From Azolla caroliniana (lineage: Eukaryota > Plantae > Polypodiophyta): a stretch of DNA of 64,000 nucleotides. The translations under genes and the position numbers were made by a program. The notes beneath the pieces are model-generated. The model was not told where the DNA came from. It saw nothing but the letters and a program-made list of their open reading frames with translations, and made no database searches. This document shows positions 1-14,103 of the stretch, one piece after another; positions within the stretch are counted from its first letter, which is position 1; every line of letters starts with the position of its first letter. The stretch is from contig JBHGNT010000005.1 of the NCBI GenBank assembly GCA_043228905.1, forward strand, positions 6,758,001 through 6,822,000. The letters run 5' to 3'.

Positions 1-393
1 CCATTTAAGAAAAAGTTTAAACCAAACCATTTAGGGAAAAGTTAAAACCAAACCAAACCATTTAATAAAAAAATTTAACCTAACCACTTAAGTCAAACTA
101 ATTAAATATCTAAAGAAACAAAAATACATTAAATTAAATCAGCATTTAAGTTAAATTAATTAAATCAATAAAAAATCATTAATTAAACCATTACGTCAAT
201 AAACTATTAAGGTAAAAAAAAAGTTAACCAAAGACCTTTAAACCAAACCGGTAAACCTATAAACCCGAGTTTTAGAACCGAACCGTTTATCGAGAATCCA
301 AACCAAACCATTAAATTTTTTTGGAACTAATAAACCGTTAAGCCATGGCTTAATGGTTCGGTTTGGTTTGAGCTGAAACCGTGCCCATTGCTA
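1..393. mobile_element. Terminal and subterminal region of a hAT-like DNA transposon (runs off the window start)
   Basis: Dense AAACCA/AAACCG reiterations in both orientations and a 16-bp palindrome TTAAGCCATGGCTTAA (338-353). The repeats stop abruptly at ...CCGTGCCCATTGCTA (393); its reverse complement TAGCAATGGGCACGG resembles plant hAT TIRs (TAGGGATG/TAGGGGTGGGCA type). The partner end is not in the window. Confidence 0.55.
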
Positions 394-423
394 TATGTAC
401 GTAAGCATATAAATATTAAATTA

Positions 424-973
424 TTATATATAAGCTTCGTTTAGAACAAACCTGAGATTTTGTTGAGCAAATGTGATGATGTTAATCTTCTTCTTTGCAA
501 CAAATTTTGGTGTCTCTGTGTTACTTCTGCAAACCCTACCCATGGTTTTTTGTCTATTAGAATGAAGAAGAGTGGAAAGAGGATTGCTATCATAAGGATT
601 ATTAATTATGGTGTCATTTCCTTTGTCTAAGTTATGAACCTTTTTGCAAAGATGAAGGATTAAGTCCCGAGGAGAGAAGGTGTGGTTTTGTAGGAAATGC
701 TTAAGCTCTTCAGAAACAGATGTGGAAGAAGAAGAAGAAACAAAAGAAGGTCGGTAGTGGATACGAGTTGCTGATCTGGCATAAGTTTGTTTATGACTTC
801 CTGAGCTTTTATTGAATAAAGATTTGTTGATGGAAATGTCTAAAAGAATCTCATCTTGCCATGAATAGAAGAACGGAATGTGTACAGAAGAAAAAGTGGA
901 TGATAATGGTGATGGAGCCAAAAAAGGAACAATGAATGAAGGTGAAGATGAACCATATGAAGGAACAACAGAA

Positions 974-1013
<40 letters not shown>

Positions 1014-1203
1014 TTGTTGTTGTTGTCTGATCCTCATACATTAGATACGACAAGCTTCTGAGCTCGTCTTGGATAAATCCTCGCAAGTCCAAAATGTGGA
1101 TTATATCTGCGACCAAAATCTCTTTTTGATTTTTCTCTGTTGGTTCCTCTTTTTCTTCTTCTTCTTCTTTTTCATCTATCCCTGTATTGACCCACGCCTC
1201 CAT
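424..1203 (-). CDS. Unidentified 259-aa ORF (possible terminal exon or pseudogene) with poly-E and poly-T/S tracts
   Basis: 780-bp open frame in AT-rich DNA with protein-like segments between microsatellite-coded runs. The frame stays open slightly upstream, to a possible acceptor TACAG at about 1229-1225. No recognisable domain. Confidence 0.35.
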
Positions 1204-4200
1204 ACCATTAAACTTAAAACGAGTCTGTATAATTTAAGAAACCACATTGATCTGGCGCAGAAGAAGAAGAAGAAGAAGAAGAAAATAACCATGTTAAGAA
1301 ACTGTTTGAACTAAAAACATGCACAGATGAAGAAGATGGAAAGATGGAAAACGAAGTATGAAGGTGAAGAAGAAAACGCCTTGTCTGATGCAGAATATTC
1401 TCAATTATGTTAAGAAAACATCCACATATATATACAGAGGACGAAGAACAAGAAATGCTTGATTAGTCAAAGAAACCGTGGGCATACACAAGAAGAAGAA
1501 GAAGAAGAAGAAGAAGAAGAAGAAAGGCTCCATTATGCTAAGGAAAGCATGGACATACACGGAAGAAGAAAACGCTTTAACATGAATCAATCCACGACTT
1601 CGCACCATTTAACCTTAAAAGGCAACTATTTCCTGGCAAATCTATCTGTATGTAAACGCAGAAGAGAAAGGAGGAGACCGAAGAAGACGCATTATGTGGG
1701 AGGAGCGGCCTTACGCTTCGTACCTCGGCCTGCTGTTCTCCTCCATGCACCTCCTGCATCTGCACCTGCATCAGCACCTCCCATGTTTCTGTGTTCTTCT
1801 TCTTCCGCCTCCTTTCGTTTTTCTTTGTGAAGAAGCGCTGAGGACAAAGAACACTAAGTAGTCCTTTGTGGGGGAAGAACCAATAAAAGCATCAACATAT
1901 GTATGTATGTACATACATATATATACATATGTTACTATGTACATATGCATTAAGATGTTGCATAATTCAATCAATCAATCAATCAATCAATCATCCACAT
2001 GAGACAAATTCGAAGACCCTGCCTTCCTTGTCCACGAATCCATTCATGCATTCCATGCAAATGGCTCGTGGATCAGTACAAGAGGCACTTTAGGTATGAG
2101 ACACGCATTAAAGAGACATATTGACACATAGAAGGCCAAAATGCGCCAACCCTAAAAATAAGAATTACAGATCTCCTGCATCCACTAAAGCTACCAACCT
2201 TCGTAGGCTGCTTCGCGTTGACAATAGTATTAGCTTTGAATACATAGCACCTTCGTAATGAGAATCGAACATTTTGTTGTATAGTCCGATGGCAAATGTA
2301 AGCATGGTGTTGTGAAGTTTATCTTTGTGCGTTTGTGCATTGTGAGATATATATGAGTATATGGATATATTATTAATTGTCCACATGAGACCGATACAAT
2401 CTAGAGAGAGAACTATCATGAGTGGGGGAGCATGTGTTGTGGAGAGTGAAGAAATCAACATTAGCGAGGGTGTGGAAAGAGAGCAAAAACAAGAGGAATC
2501 CATGGAGGAAGAATATATCATAGGAATAGTCCACGAGATGATAGGAAAGAGGAAGAATAAATCAAAGAGGACATCCATATTACATGCAATATAGACTGAG
2601 AAAGAGGAAAATAAGTTATGTTGGAAAAAATGTACGACAATGTAGAGCAATAGTTTCTACCATAAAGATGAACCACAAGCAACTTGATACTTAACTACTA
2701 AAATCAATTGAGGCATATGATGGAGATTTGTAAGTTGCAAAAAAGGGCACAAAGGGAAACTAGCAACGAGGGAGGACATGTTCAATGCCCAGAGAACGTG
2801 AGGATGTTATTCTTGGAGGGTGATGTGGTTTAGATTGTGACAATGATACAATGCCAAGTAACATGGTTGAAAATCATAGTCAATGTGAAGATAAAGGACA
2901 CACTACCGATAGATTAGATGACCCAACACAATATCGAGAGGACAACTACAATGCAATGGAGAAGGTGCAAAAGGTTGACGGAAGAAAAAATGGACCGAAA
3001 GGAAAATTAAAAACTAAAAGGGTTGTAAAAACTTGCATGGGGATTTGCTAACAAATGTCCAATACTTGACGCCATCATTTTATGGTATGTGCCATATAAG
3101 CAACCCCTTCACCACCAACCAAGCTCTATCTTCAATTAACACATGTTGGAGTCCATCAATGTTCATCACAAGTAATTTTTATTTCCCATCAAGTAAGCAA
3201 TATTCCCATTATTCATCTTCCACCAAATCTCAAACAAGGGCCATAGGAATAGGATATAATTATTGCCAAATATGGTCGTATGTAGGAAATATATGAAACT
3301 TCACTGGCACACTTTTGAAGGCCACTAACTTACCCGTGTGACACAAAATTAGCATTTTGCACACTTCCAATCTAGGCTTCACACATGATTGAATTCAATC
3401 TTGAGACTTTCTTTTCCACTCCAGCACAATAATCATGAGGAATATAATTGATTTATCGTTCACACGTCCGCAATAGCCACTCGAGAAATCTCAACTTCAT
3501 TGCCATAAGAGTGCTAGGTGATGAACCATGACATTTAAATGACCACAGGCTATTGACCACATCCCACAATGAAGTTTCAATTGTGGTTTTATGGTGCATG
3601 ATACCAACCTTTTATCCACGACAATGTATGATCTCCTCCCAAGGTTGAGTCCTTCTACGCATGTATTTTAAGATGACGAATTGTTGATCACCATATCAAT
3701 ATGATATTCCTATTTTAGTATTGTTTCCCCCAAAGTGCTTACGTGCATACATGAGACTATGCAACCCAAGACAATCATGGTCTTGATTCATTCTCCCATG
3801 AATTATACTTTTGTGTCCTTTGTCAATTAATCAAGAGATTTCTTGGTCTATGGTAGCAATGGCAAAAAATTAAAAATTGCGAGAATCATTATCACATATT
3901 GTTGGCATAAAAGGCCGACTCCTTCCACATTGTATCCTTAGTGTGAACACATTCTCTAGTTAGGGCTTGAGTTTATAAGCTCAAACATAACATTGTAAAG
4001 AAGGTCTTGGAGTGAAAGAGTGAGAGAGAATAAGAACTTCCAGTGAAGCTTTGAAATTGTGTCTATCTTCTGTTTCTTTTCTTGTTACATATCAATGTTG
4101 TTTGTTGTACATCTTCTTGAAGGTCCTAATACACATTCTTCCACATATCTGACCATACACTTTCAACACATATATCAATTCAACTCGTCCACTAGCAAAT

Positions 4201-5785
4201 TGTCAAGCTTGAGACTTCCAATATATAAATTTATAGATAATTTTACCCAATATTGAAGTTAGTCCTTGAGAGGGTAAGACATCGACATGAATAGGATAAC
4301 CTAAGCAATGACAAACATTACATGGTTCAAGTATTTGGCCATGTCATCTAGTTAGCAAGTGCCTTGAATGCATCATAGAAACACAGACTTGTGTATATTA
4401 ACGTATTACCTTGACACTGAGGCAAATACATTCTACAATTCTATGTCTTTAGTTATATAATCAACAAGAACTTTCAAGAACATAAATTGAATCATATGCC
4501 AATGCTTGAGGCTTGAGCCATTATTCATTTACCCAACAGGAACAATTTCCCCACATTATGGCATGTTTTGCATCCTAACAAGAAACATGTCAATAGTTGT
4601 CTTCTTCGTTTATGTGTTGGAAGTGTACATGAGTTGTTATAAATCATATTAATTAAACCACTAAAAAAATGGGCTCTCGTAAAACCATGTTGAAATGTTG
4701 GAAATTTCGCCATTTCTTAAACAAGGCGAAAGTGACGAATATTTGAGTAGGAACCACGTACTACACTTTAGTGGTAAAGGCCTTTTAACATTTTTCTTGT
4801 TATAGCATAAAAATGACTATTGTTGTAAAAAACTATCCATATTGCATCATCAAAATGATGCTTATGCAACTACTTTGGCCATTGAAACCTTTGGAATAAA
4901 GTCCTATCCAAACAATGCTCGAACATGAAGGTAGTGGGATGTAGATAGACATTAGATAGGAACGATGCATCTATTATGATACCCAAGTAGGGAAGAAAAT
5001 GAGAATTTGAGCCAATTGTATTTGTAAAATTAAATCAAATTCATGCATATATCATCAATATGTTAACATGTCATTAGTTGTTCACTCAATTTGGACATTT
5101 GAGACGCACATTCTTCGATACATTCTCTTACAAGCTACTATATAATAATGATCATTATTCAGAAATATGCTCAACTTAGATAAGGTTTCAAGATGCATAA
5201 ACTATCACCTTCATGCATCCATTTTGCATTAGGGAGACCATATCAAATCAACCATTTAATCAATACAAAAACTGACAACAAAATGGACATCAAATGGAAA
5301 TAAAGAAAACACTCATGTAAAACATGCAAAAACAGACGAGATGACCTTTGAACCTCAATTGAGATCCTACAGACTTAAGAAGCCGTAGAATGACAAGGCA
5401 AGCAGACAAGGTGCACATGGTGTGCATTACCAACTCACGAAACTCGGGTCTTCATAGGCGATGAAATCTCGGAGGTTTCTAGGCAATGAGATATGGTAAA
5501 GTGCCAAACGTTTCCACTGACTAACATGCAGTTTTTGAACCGCGGAGATGGTGCCTCAAATATGAAGGTGTCATTATTCATACAACGAACATGCCATGAG
5601 ACCCCGCAAGAGCCCATAAAAAACTAAGACTATTTGAAGGTACACGGACGAGAACTCGAGTCGAGACGTGAGTAAGAAGAAATCCAGGATTTGGAATTGG
5701 ATTTGGAATTGGATTTGGGGGAGTCCAGAAAACAAACATATGGGCGATTTCCATTTCTTTGTGAATTCTGTTTTGTCTCCGAGAC

Positions 5786-5836
<51 letters not shown>

Positions 5837-5872
5837 TCTGCAAGCTCAAGAGTTATCTGAAGAGAGGCAGGG

Positions 5873-6018
5873 ATGGATCAATTTGCCTCTTTGATCGAAG
5901 ACTTATCTGCGGAAATTCGAAAGCAATGGGTGCAGAGTTCCCCCTCTCACTCTGTATCCCATGGGAGCATCAAGGATTCCATTCTCGCATTCTTCCATGC
6001 CGTGGATTGGACGGTAAG

Positions 6019-6055
<37 letters not shown>

Positions 6056-9000
6056 GAAATAACCTCGTGTACCTTTTTTTCATTCCTTAAGAATCTATAC
6101 ATTACATGTTCGAGATAGAGAAAGAGAGAAACAAAAATATATTTACTGTCTTTTTAGAGGCCCAATGGTTTATGCGTGAAAATGTGCTATTGGGGAACAA
6201 GCAAGTTGGATTTAAATATGTAACAGTGTTCATAAGATTGGCTTGAGGTACCATATTTTCCAGTAATCCAAAGCATGTTATTTTGCTGTGAGCTTGGATG
6301 GACTGAAAATTTTGTCCTCGAAAGATCTCTGAAGCATATGTCTTAAGCCTTCAAATATCTCCAACATATGGCCTAATCCAAGCAGGAGCGTACTCTGATT
6401 GAGGAATCCACCGTTGGTATAGGGGGATAAATGGATTAATTTGTTGATAGCAAGGGTAAATTGGTTGTTCAGATGGATGTGCACTAGGATGTTTTATTGG
6501 CTGATATATTGTAACCTCTTTACTGAATGTTTTAGTTGAGTTTGTAATTGCGTAACCACATTTCATAACATAAACAATATAAGGGAAAGTTTAGTATTCC
6601 TCTGATTCCACATCTAGATGGCATAATTAGCAGATTTATTCCTCCATAGCTTTGTGTTCATTTTTGCACGTCTTGTGGCTTTCATATCACATTATTGAGT
6701 GAAAGAGAGAGAGAGAGAGTTGAGAGAGAGTAGAAGAGTGCTTTGTGATTAATTCATCATGCTATTCATGTAAAAATAGCATCATCATCCTATGGATTGG
6801 CATTATGGTGCTGATGCTTGTTCTTTCATTTTCCATTTTGTTTACGTTATAACTTTTTCATAAGGGCGAAATTGCCTACCAGAAAGAAAAGAAAACGTTC
6901 CATGAGATAGATGTCAACATTTTTACAAATGTATGCAACTTTCATAATAGTATCTGATTGAAAATATGATAGATGGTCTATAAACAAATTAAATAGAACT
7001 CATAAATTAAAAATAAACATTCTTGATCCAAAGGGTTACAAGGGGATGAGTTATGAATCCTAGGGCATATAATTATGAATTTTATCTTTTCGAAACAGTC
7101 AGGTCATGATGAGCTCCCCAAGCACACGAGCATTTTATTTGTCAGAGTTTTGTTGCACCAAAGTGTTGTAGCTATTTACAGGGTGACTCCGCTAAGGCTT
7201 ATTTGTGTGTTGAGGTATGGGGATGGACGTGGATAAAGCTGCGGCTATGAAGAAATCAGTGGTGATTATTTAGCTGGCTGAGTTGGCTTGTCTCCTATCC
7301 CTTAGAAGATGTATTCCACTTCTTCTCATGAGTTTCTCCTTGTAGAGTTGGAGTTTGATCAAGAAGAGTCTCTCAGGCACCTCTCGTTTTTAAAGTCCAC
7401 GATTTGTTGTAAGGGTCCCAAACCTTCCCTAGATAGGCATCGGTACTTGTCTTGTTTCCTTTCGTTTCAACCTCTAAAGCTTAAGCCCATTTGGGAAGTC
7501 AATAACCTTCTACGTTTTTAGGCTAGTACAGTTTTTTAGGGTATATCGTACATCACTATGTGAATAGCAACAGTTTCCATCATTGAAAAATTCTGGGAAT
7601 TTGGTAATGATATGTTACCTTTCCAGTTAATGGAATATTGATCTCCTACATTGACATGACGTAGCAATGTGTTTACCAGGGTTATTTGGGGAAATACTGA
7701 AAACTTAGGGTCATTTGGAAATTTCCCTATTACTTTTGTCGGCGCTACCTTGGATGGTGTTACCAAAATAAGTCCAACACCCATGGACAACTCGCATCCT
7801 CTTCTTTCTTTATTCTTCCTGCATTTGATGCTCGTATACATGATTGTAGTGTTTTCTTGGTTACCCTAAGCAAAGAATATTGCAGTCTTTTAATGGTATA
7901 TTCTGATTTCAATATTGTATTCTAACGTGTATGAATATATTCTATTTTGAGTATAACATCACAATACTACCGTTACCGGTTCTGAATGTTTTTTGGCTAC
8001 CTTTATTGCTCATGAAAAAAACATCAAAACAAGAAAGTAGTTTTGCATAGTAGTGTTGTCTTCTAAAAGAATGTAGTGACATTTAGGTTATAAAACATGC
8101 TATATCCACATACAAATTATTTTACACAAAGATGTTAATACTATTTACTACTGTATTTCAAATACGTTGTATCTACATACTCTTGGGTTTCAAGCTAAAA
8201 CATGATATAGCTAGTTTGTATTGTTCTTATTTTGATTCTTTGCTTTCCCAAATATCCAGACTGATTTGCATTTGGTTGTCAAATACAGGAGCCCTGGTTG
8301 ATATCCCTGCTTTGCTTCCATGTAATCGTATTTATCACAGCAATCAAAACAAGGAAGAAGAATGACATCCAAACTGCAATATTCTTCGCAGCTTGTAACA
8401 TTTCGCACACTCTGGTTATATGCATAAAACTAACGACAAAAAAAAACACTGGAACACTGCCTTCAACCTTTTGGATATTTACCAAGGATACCCCTATTGA
8501 GTAGTAAAATTTTGAAGACTGAGGAGCACATATATTCTTATAAATATCCAAAAAGTTATGGTATTTTGGGTTTTTCATTTTCTTTATTAACTATCTTATG
8601 AACATTATGTTACTTATAATGTTTCTTTGTAGTATCATGTGTATATATGGCGGAGAGGTTGAATAGGTGGCTTGCGCATAGATGGACATTGTTTGCACGA
8701 CAACCCTATTTTGATCACCACGGAATTTTCATGTCAACTGTCTGGTCGGGCCCTTTATTACTTGTATCATGTTTCATTCTGGTAAAATCATGCTAACTTT
8801 TATAATCCCAATGTTTTTGAAAATGATGTTACAGAAGGAAAACCATACAAACATGTTTCAGATTCTCGGATATTATAAAAGCAAACTCGGACTTTCCCAA
8901 ATTTGCATATTATATGCTCGGGCAAAAACTGTTTCCTTGTTTAATGAAAAAGATGGGTAGAGAATATGAAGGATGGAATAAATAAAAGAAGATTTAGCGA

Positions 9001-9768
9001 AAAAGCCTAGAAACATAATATCACATGGTAACCTCTTGTAAACAAACACATGAGAGGTTACTGTAACACAATGTAGAAATATTTTCATAAACTTCTTTTC
9101 AGGTTAATGGTAATGGCCAGAATGAGAAAAGCTTTGAAGATCAAGTGAAAGTGAGTGGAAAAACATAACAGAATTGTCAAACTAAATTTTAGAAGTGAAT
9201 ACTATACTAGAGAAGGTAGAAGAATATCAAGGAATCACTTTTTACCAATCATTTAAATATTATTTTGACAAAGATCTAGGATACTACTTTAAGCTTTCAA
9301 GATCAAGTGAAAGTGAGTGGAAAAACATAACAGAATTGTCAAACTAAATTTTAGAAGTGAATAATATACTAGAGAAGGTAGAAGAATATCAAGGAATCAC
9401 TTTTTACCAATCATTCAAATATTAGTTTGACAAAGATCTAGGATACTACTTTAATTAGTGAAAATCAGAAGCATTGTTATGATTATATGGATTTCCCAAC
9501 GATATTCTGTAATTGTTTCTCTAATCACCTTTTTTATGAGATTAGGGAACCCCTTTGTTACCAAGAGTGTAATATATATATAGAGAAAATTTTAACTAGA
9601 AGCATATTTTAAAAAAATCCGCCATCAATAAAACAGATTGACCATGATCAGTGCATGTTTATTTATTTATAGGTGAATGGCTTGTTATCTGTATCATCAT
9701 TAATGATCAAGTGGAAGAGAGCAGAGCTAAAACACAGAGCTCGAATGGCCACCCAAAAACAGGATTGA
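5873..9768 (+). CDS. TMEM18: Transmembrane protein 18 homolog, 163 aa; exons 5873-6013, 8289-8394, 8633-8781, 9673-9768
   Basis: Spliced product MDQFASLIEDLSAE...FFHAVDWT|EPWLISLLCFH...|LSCVYMAERLN...QPYFDHHGIFMSTVWSGPLL...|VNGL...IKWKRAELKHRARMATQKQD* carries the plant TMEM18 motifs (FFHAIDW-EPW, YFD.HG.F.S..WSGPLL, KWKRAEL.HRAR). All introns are GT-AG and phases are consistent (492 nt). Confidence 0.95.
9129..9454. repeat. Tandem duplication, 2 x 162 bp, in TMEM18 intron 3
   Basis: AAGCTTT(G/C)AAGATCAAGTGAAAGTGAG...GGATACTACTTT starts at 9129 and again at 9291, with few mismatches. Confidence 0.95.
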
Positions 9769-11304
9769 TGAGACAGATGCTATGATTATGAAGTTCTATA
9801 CATGAGATGCTGGCATTATGCAGCTGCGTACTCATAAGCACATCATCTTTTCATTATCGAGCTTTCATCGAAACATAATTTTTGTTAGAAGTTTGATGTC
9901 AGAGTTGGATATGTTATTGGAACTCGAAGAAAGGAGATGCAATTATTTAAAGTACGATAAATTGATCGTAAGGCATGTTTTTGGTTGTTAAGCATAAGAG
10001 ATTTCTTTAGTAATATAACGAAGAGGCTAGGCCATGACATTGTTGAAGAACTATCTGTTTTCTATGTTGTTTTTGGAGAGAATCATAGAATAGAGAGGGC
10101 TCTCAACAGAATACTGAAAAGCAATTTGAGAACCCTCATTCTTGTTACACCAACTACATGACAAATTAATCAATGAAGATTCCTAACTTTAATCCAAGGG
10201 CTCTCTGGAATGTGTTAATGTTAATGCAGTGTGGATAAAAAATGTATGCTAATGATTTGCACTAGTAATATGATATATTAGTGTGCATGTTAATGTGAAC
10301 TTTGATGTAATATGATATAAAATTATTTCATGAGTTAATTTGTGGGTTGTGGGTGCTAATGTGTTAGCATAATTTTTTTGGAAAAGAAGAAGGAGAAGAA
10401 AGTGTTAGCATAATGTGTATTAATGCTAATGTTAACATGAGTGTCAGTCATGGATATCACTATTAATACAATGTGTCAACATGCATTTAACATGGGTGTT
10501 GCAATTTATGTGAGGTGTGGAATTCTTAACGACCTTGTTATTGTAGTGCTACTATCAAAGTAAATATTTGTGGTGTTAATGTAAGGTATAATTCCCAAGA
10601 TCCTTTTAGAGTTCATACTACAATAATCTCAATACTAATAAAGACAATATCTTGAACTTCAGCCAAACAATACCTTTTAATATCCCAATATCTTGAACTT
10701 CTACCATCTATCCACGCCCCTTTGATGATGCATTCAACTAAGCTATTTAATTCAAGTTTTAAAGAGGTTACTCACATTATGTGTATACCTGTAATTGCAA
10801 GTTGAACGTAAATTTCAGACATAAATGGCAAAGAGGTATACATAGTCACTACACATGATCCAATAATTGACTAATTGATGCCAACTACGCTAATTCCAAT
10901 GGTTGGATAAGAAAGTTTGCACCTTATTATTGTCTTGACATATGTGCCTAATTACAAGAATGATCCAAACCCCATTAACTTAAATGAACAAATTGGTTGT
11001 GGTTGTTCAAACCCATAGACCTTAAGGTGCGGGGATTAGCCAATTTGCATATTTATTTAAGATGCATGATTTAACAAAGGGACATAGCCATAAGAAGCCC
11101 TGAGGGAGTCATTGGTTGATTATGAGTGATGGATGTAGTAATTTGATAGCAAAAATGGAGAAACATAAGTAATACGTCGGTAGGTGAAGAGATTATGGAG
11201 CCAATTTAATGTCATTTGAGTAGATTAATATACTAGCAAAATTGACAATAATTTAGAGATTCAAAATGCAACATGCCACTTAACGGATCAACATATGACT
11301 CTAA

Positions 11305-11580
11305 TGATGCTGATCTTGATGGTAAGAGTTGTGAAGAGTAGTTAGGCTATCTCTTTAATAAAAGTTGTGAGCATGATGATGTTGGCGTTGATGGTAAGAT
11401 TTGTGAATGGCAGTTAGGCTATTTGTTTAATAAAAGTATAGAGGGTGATGATGTTGACATTGATGGTAAAATCTCTCAAGTGTAATTAGGTTATTTGTTT
11501 AATGAAAGTAGTGAGCGTGATGATGTTGACCTTGATATTAATATTCGTTAAGAGTAGTTAGGTGATTTGTTTAATGAAAA
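11305..11580 (+). repeat. Diverged tandem array, about 4 x 72 bp
   Basis: GGTAA anchors at 11321, 11393 and 11465, with the equivalent position at 11537. Units share GATGATGTTGA..TTGATGGTAA and TTAGG.TATTTGTTTAAT.AAAG. Confidence 0.85.
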
Positions 11581-12891
11581 GAGAGAAGTTTTATCACCAT
11601 CCATAACCATTGCTTTATTTCTTGATACTAAGAGATTTGTTGGTAAGGAGCATCAACCGATATTCATCAAAAGTTGATTGATGATCTAAAGCAATTAGCA
11701 AGGTAAAAAAGTGAAAGAAGATGGCAAATTCACAACATTTGTGAGGTGGATATCAATGGCTATTAGCTACATCTAGGTTCTCTTTATCTAAAACATGTGC
11801 ATGGAACATAACAAGATATAAAATTCAGCTTTTTAGGCATGCAAAATTAGCAATGTCAAGATTTTTATCAATAGATCGTCCATTGAACTCTAATTCACTA
11901 CACCTAACATTTTGGTGGCACTATGTGACATCCATTGGTTTAGTTAGGTGTCTTTGGGAGTATCATCCCCATGGCATACCTCATTATCATGACCTCACTA
12001 TATTAATAATTGGGCTACCAATGAAGGGAATTCATCCACACAATCATATTGCAAGCATACCATAAGAATAGAACAACGAAATCGATAACAAGGTGATCTA
12101 TTTCTCGAAGTGCACGCTTTCTCCTCTATTGTTGCTTCTCCTTATAAGTGCATGCAGTGATTTTCATGTACTCTCCTCCTCATTAGACCCAATCTCTTGT
12201 CTAATGGTCAAGGTATCCTTTGTTCCAACACACTAGCACTCTCATATTGTGTATTTCTAGTAGTAGATTTTATAGGGCCCAATTATATAAGTGAAAAAAT
12301 AGTGAAACATCAACTCCTCTTTGCATGACTTTATCTTTTCAAAACTTTTGTTTTCCTCTTATCGAGTTAGAGTACTACTCATATTTCAAAAAGTCGAGAA
12401 TAAATATCTTGTTTCTAATTGAAAATCATTATATGAAAACATTTAAACTATAAAACTCAAGACCGAAGGAAAATTGCAACTACTAATGAATTTGGTGGGC
12501 CAAAATCATGGTGTTACACAAATGTTGTCACATGATAAAGCAATGCTTTTAAAATGGAATGATGGATAATTAACACGACAAAAAGCTAACTCTTTGTACA
12601 AGAAATGATCCTTTCTACACAGATTTTGGAGATACTTGATGCATCAAGATATACAAAGAAGAATTTAAGTTGTACAACCAATTAAACACTAGTGATGGTG
12701 AGGGAGTATAACCAAGAAATATCATGGAATATCCTTCGAGTTGATGTTCAATCCTAAAGGGTTTCATTAATTTTAGAATAAATGGAGGCGAAGAAGGTCA
12801 ATATTATATGCTAGTTTTAAAATAAAAGTGCAACTAAGTAGTGAAACTTTATCTTAATATTACACTATTACTTTTGTATAATATCTACAAC

Positions 12892-13127
12892 ACCCTACAA
12901 GAACAGAAAGGGAACAAATTTTGATTGAGCACATGGGCATACCCTACAAGAACTTGAGAAGAAAAAGGAACAACTTATGTTGAACACATGGGCATACCCT
13001 ACAAGAACTTGAGAAGAAAAAGAAACAAATTTGATTGACCACATGGAGAAGAGAAAGGAACAAATTTGGATTGACCACATGGGCATACCCTACAAGAACT
13101 TGAGAAGGAAAGGAACAAATTTTGACC
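12892..13127. repeat. Minisatellite, about 55-bp unit, 4-5 partial copies
   Basis: Repeated ACATGGGCATACCCTACAAGAACTTGAGAAG and GGAACAAATTT motifs. Confidence 0.85.
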
Positions 13128-14103
13128 GTGCGATTGGAGTTTGAAATCATTGTCACCTTTTTGAAATATATATAATGTGGCATAGGAGTTGATTGGAGTG
13201 TTCTTGGCTTTTTGCCACCCCTCGAAAGAATGAATGGCCATGTTTATGGTTGTTCACTGGGTTGGAGTTTCGAATTTAGTGTAATTTTAGTCTGTACAAT
13301 CAATGTCTTGCCCCCACATTCATACATATGTATATATAGATATAGATATAGATATAGATAAACTCTTAATGTCTTTTCACTACCAACTGAATCTCTTTGT
13401 TTTAAGTTCAACCGATCTCAATCAATAATTAATTGCAAGTTCAACCAACGTCAATCAACCGTTATGCACGACCTTATAGAACAACAACACTATTATTTAA
13501 TAAGGTCAAGCTTGCTTCAAAAGGGAAAGTTGAGTACAATGACGGGTTTTCATGCCCATGTGCCTACCCTTGTTTTCATCTGAGTTCACACGCTAGATGG
13601 ACAATCTCCCTCAACAATTTTTGCATGAGTAGCTCCTATCACCCCTCGAGTTTTAACTTTTCGACAACAATGTGATAGTTCATAGCATTTCTCACCTTCA
13701 TGACCCTTGAAGAGCTCCTTCATGGCTCTTTGGGTTTAGGAAATCCCATATTTTCTCAACTCTCCAAGTCGAAGATTACGTCATTTTTGTGCCTTGAAAC
13801 CATATGAAAACTATATTAATTTCGCCCAGTTGGGTACCAAAACCATATTAATTTTCACGATTACGTATTCGAGGCCTCCCGGTCTTTTTTTATGTCTCCC
13901 TAATTAACCACAAAAGGCAATAATGCTTCATCCATGAAGTGGGTTTTTTGTACTGGCAAAGTGCACATCCATGAATTTAGATAGAACCTAGGCCTCGATA
14001 ACAACACAACAACGAACGACCCTTCGATATGCATGTATTTCACAATCCCATGTAGCCAATGACCTTCAGTGAGACGATACCCCCCCCCACCCCCCACCCC
14101 CAA

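Noticed and set aside
2600-5350. Probable decayed transposon sequence (similarly 18200-21400, 38900-40700, 43100-47100 and 52000-53550)
   Set aside because: Only faint motif echoes; I could not assign family or boundaries by eye.
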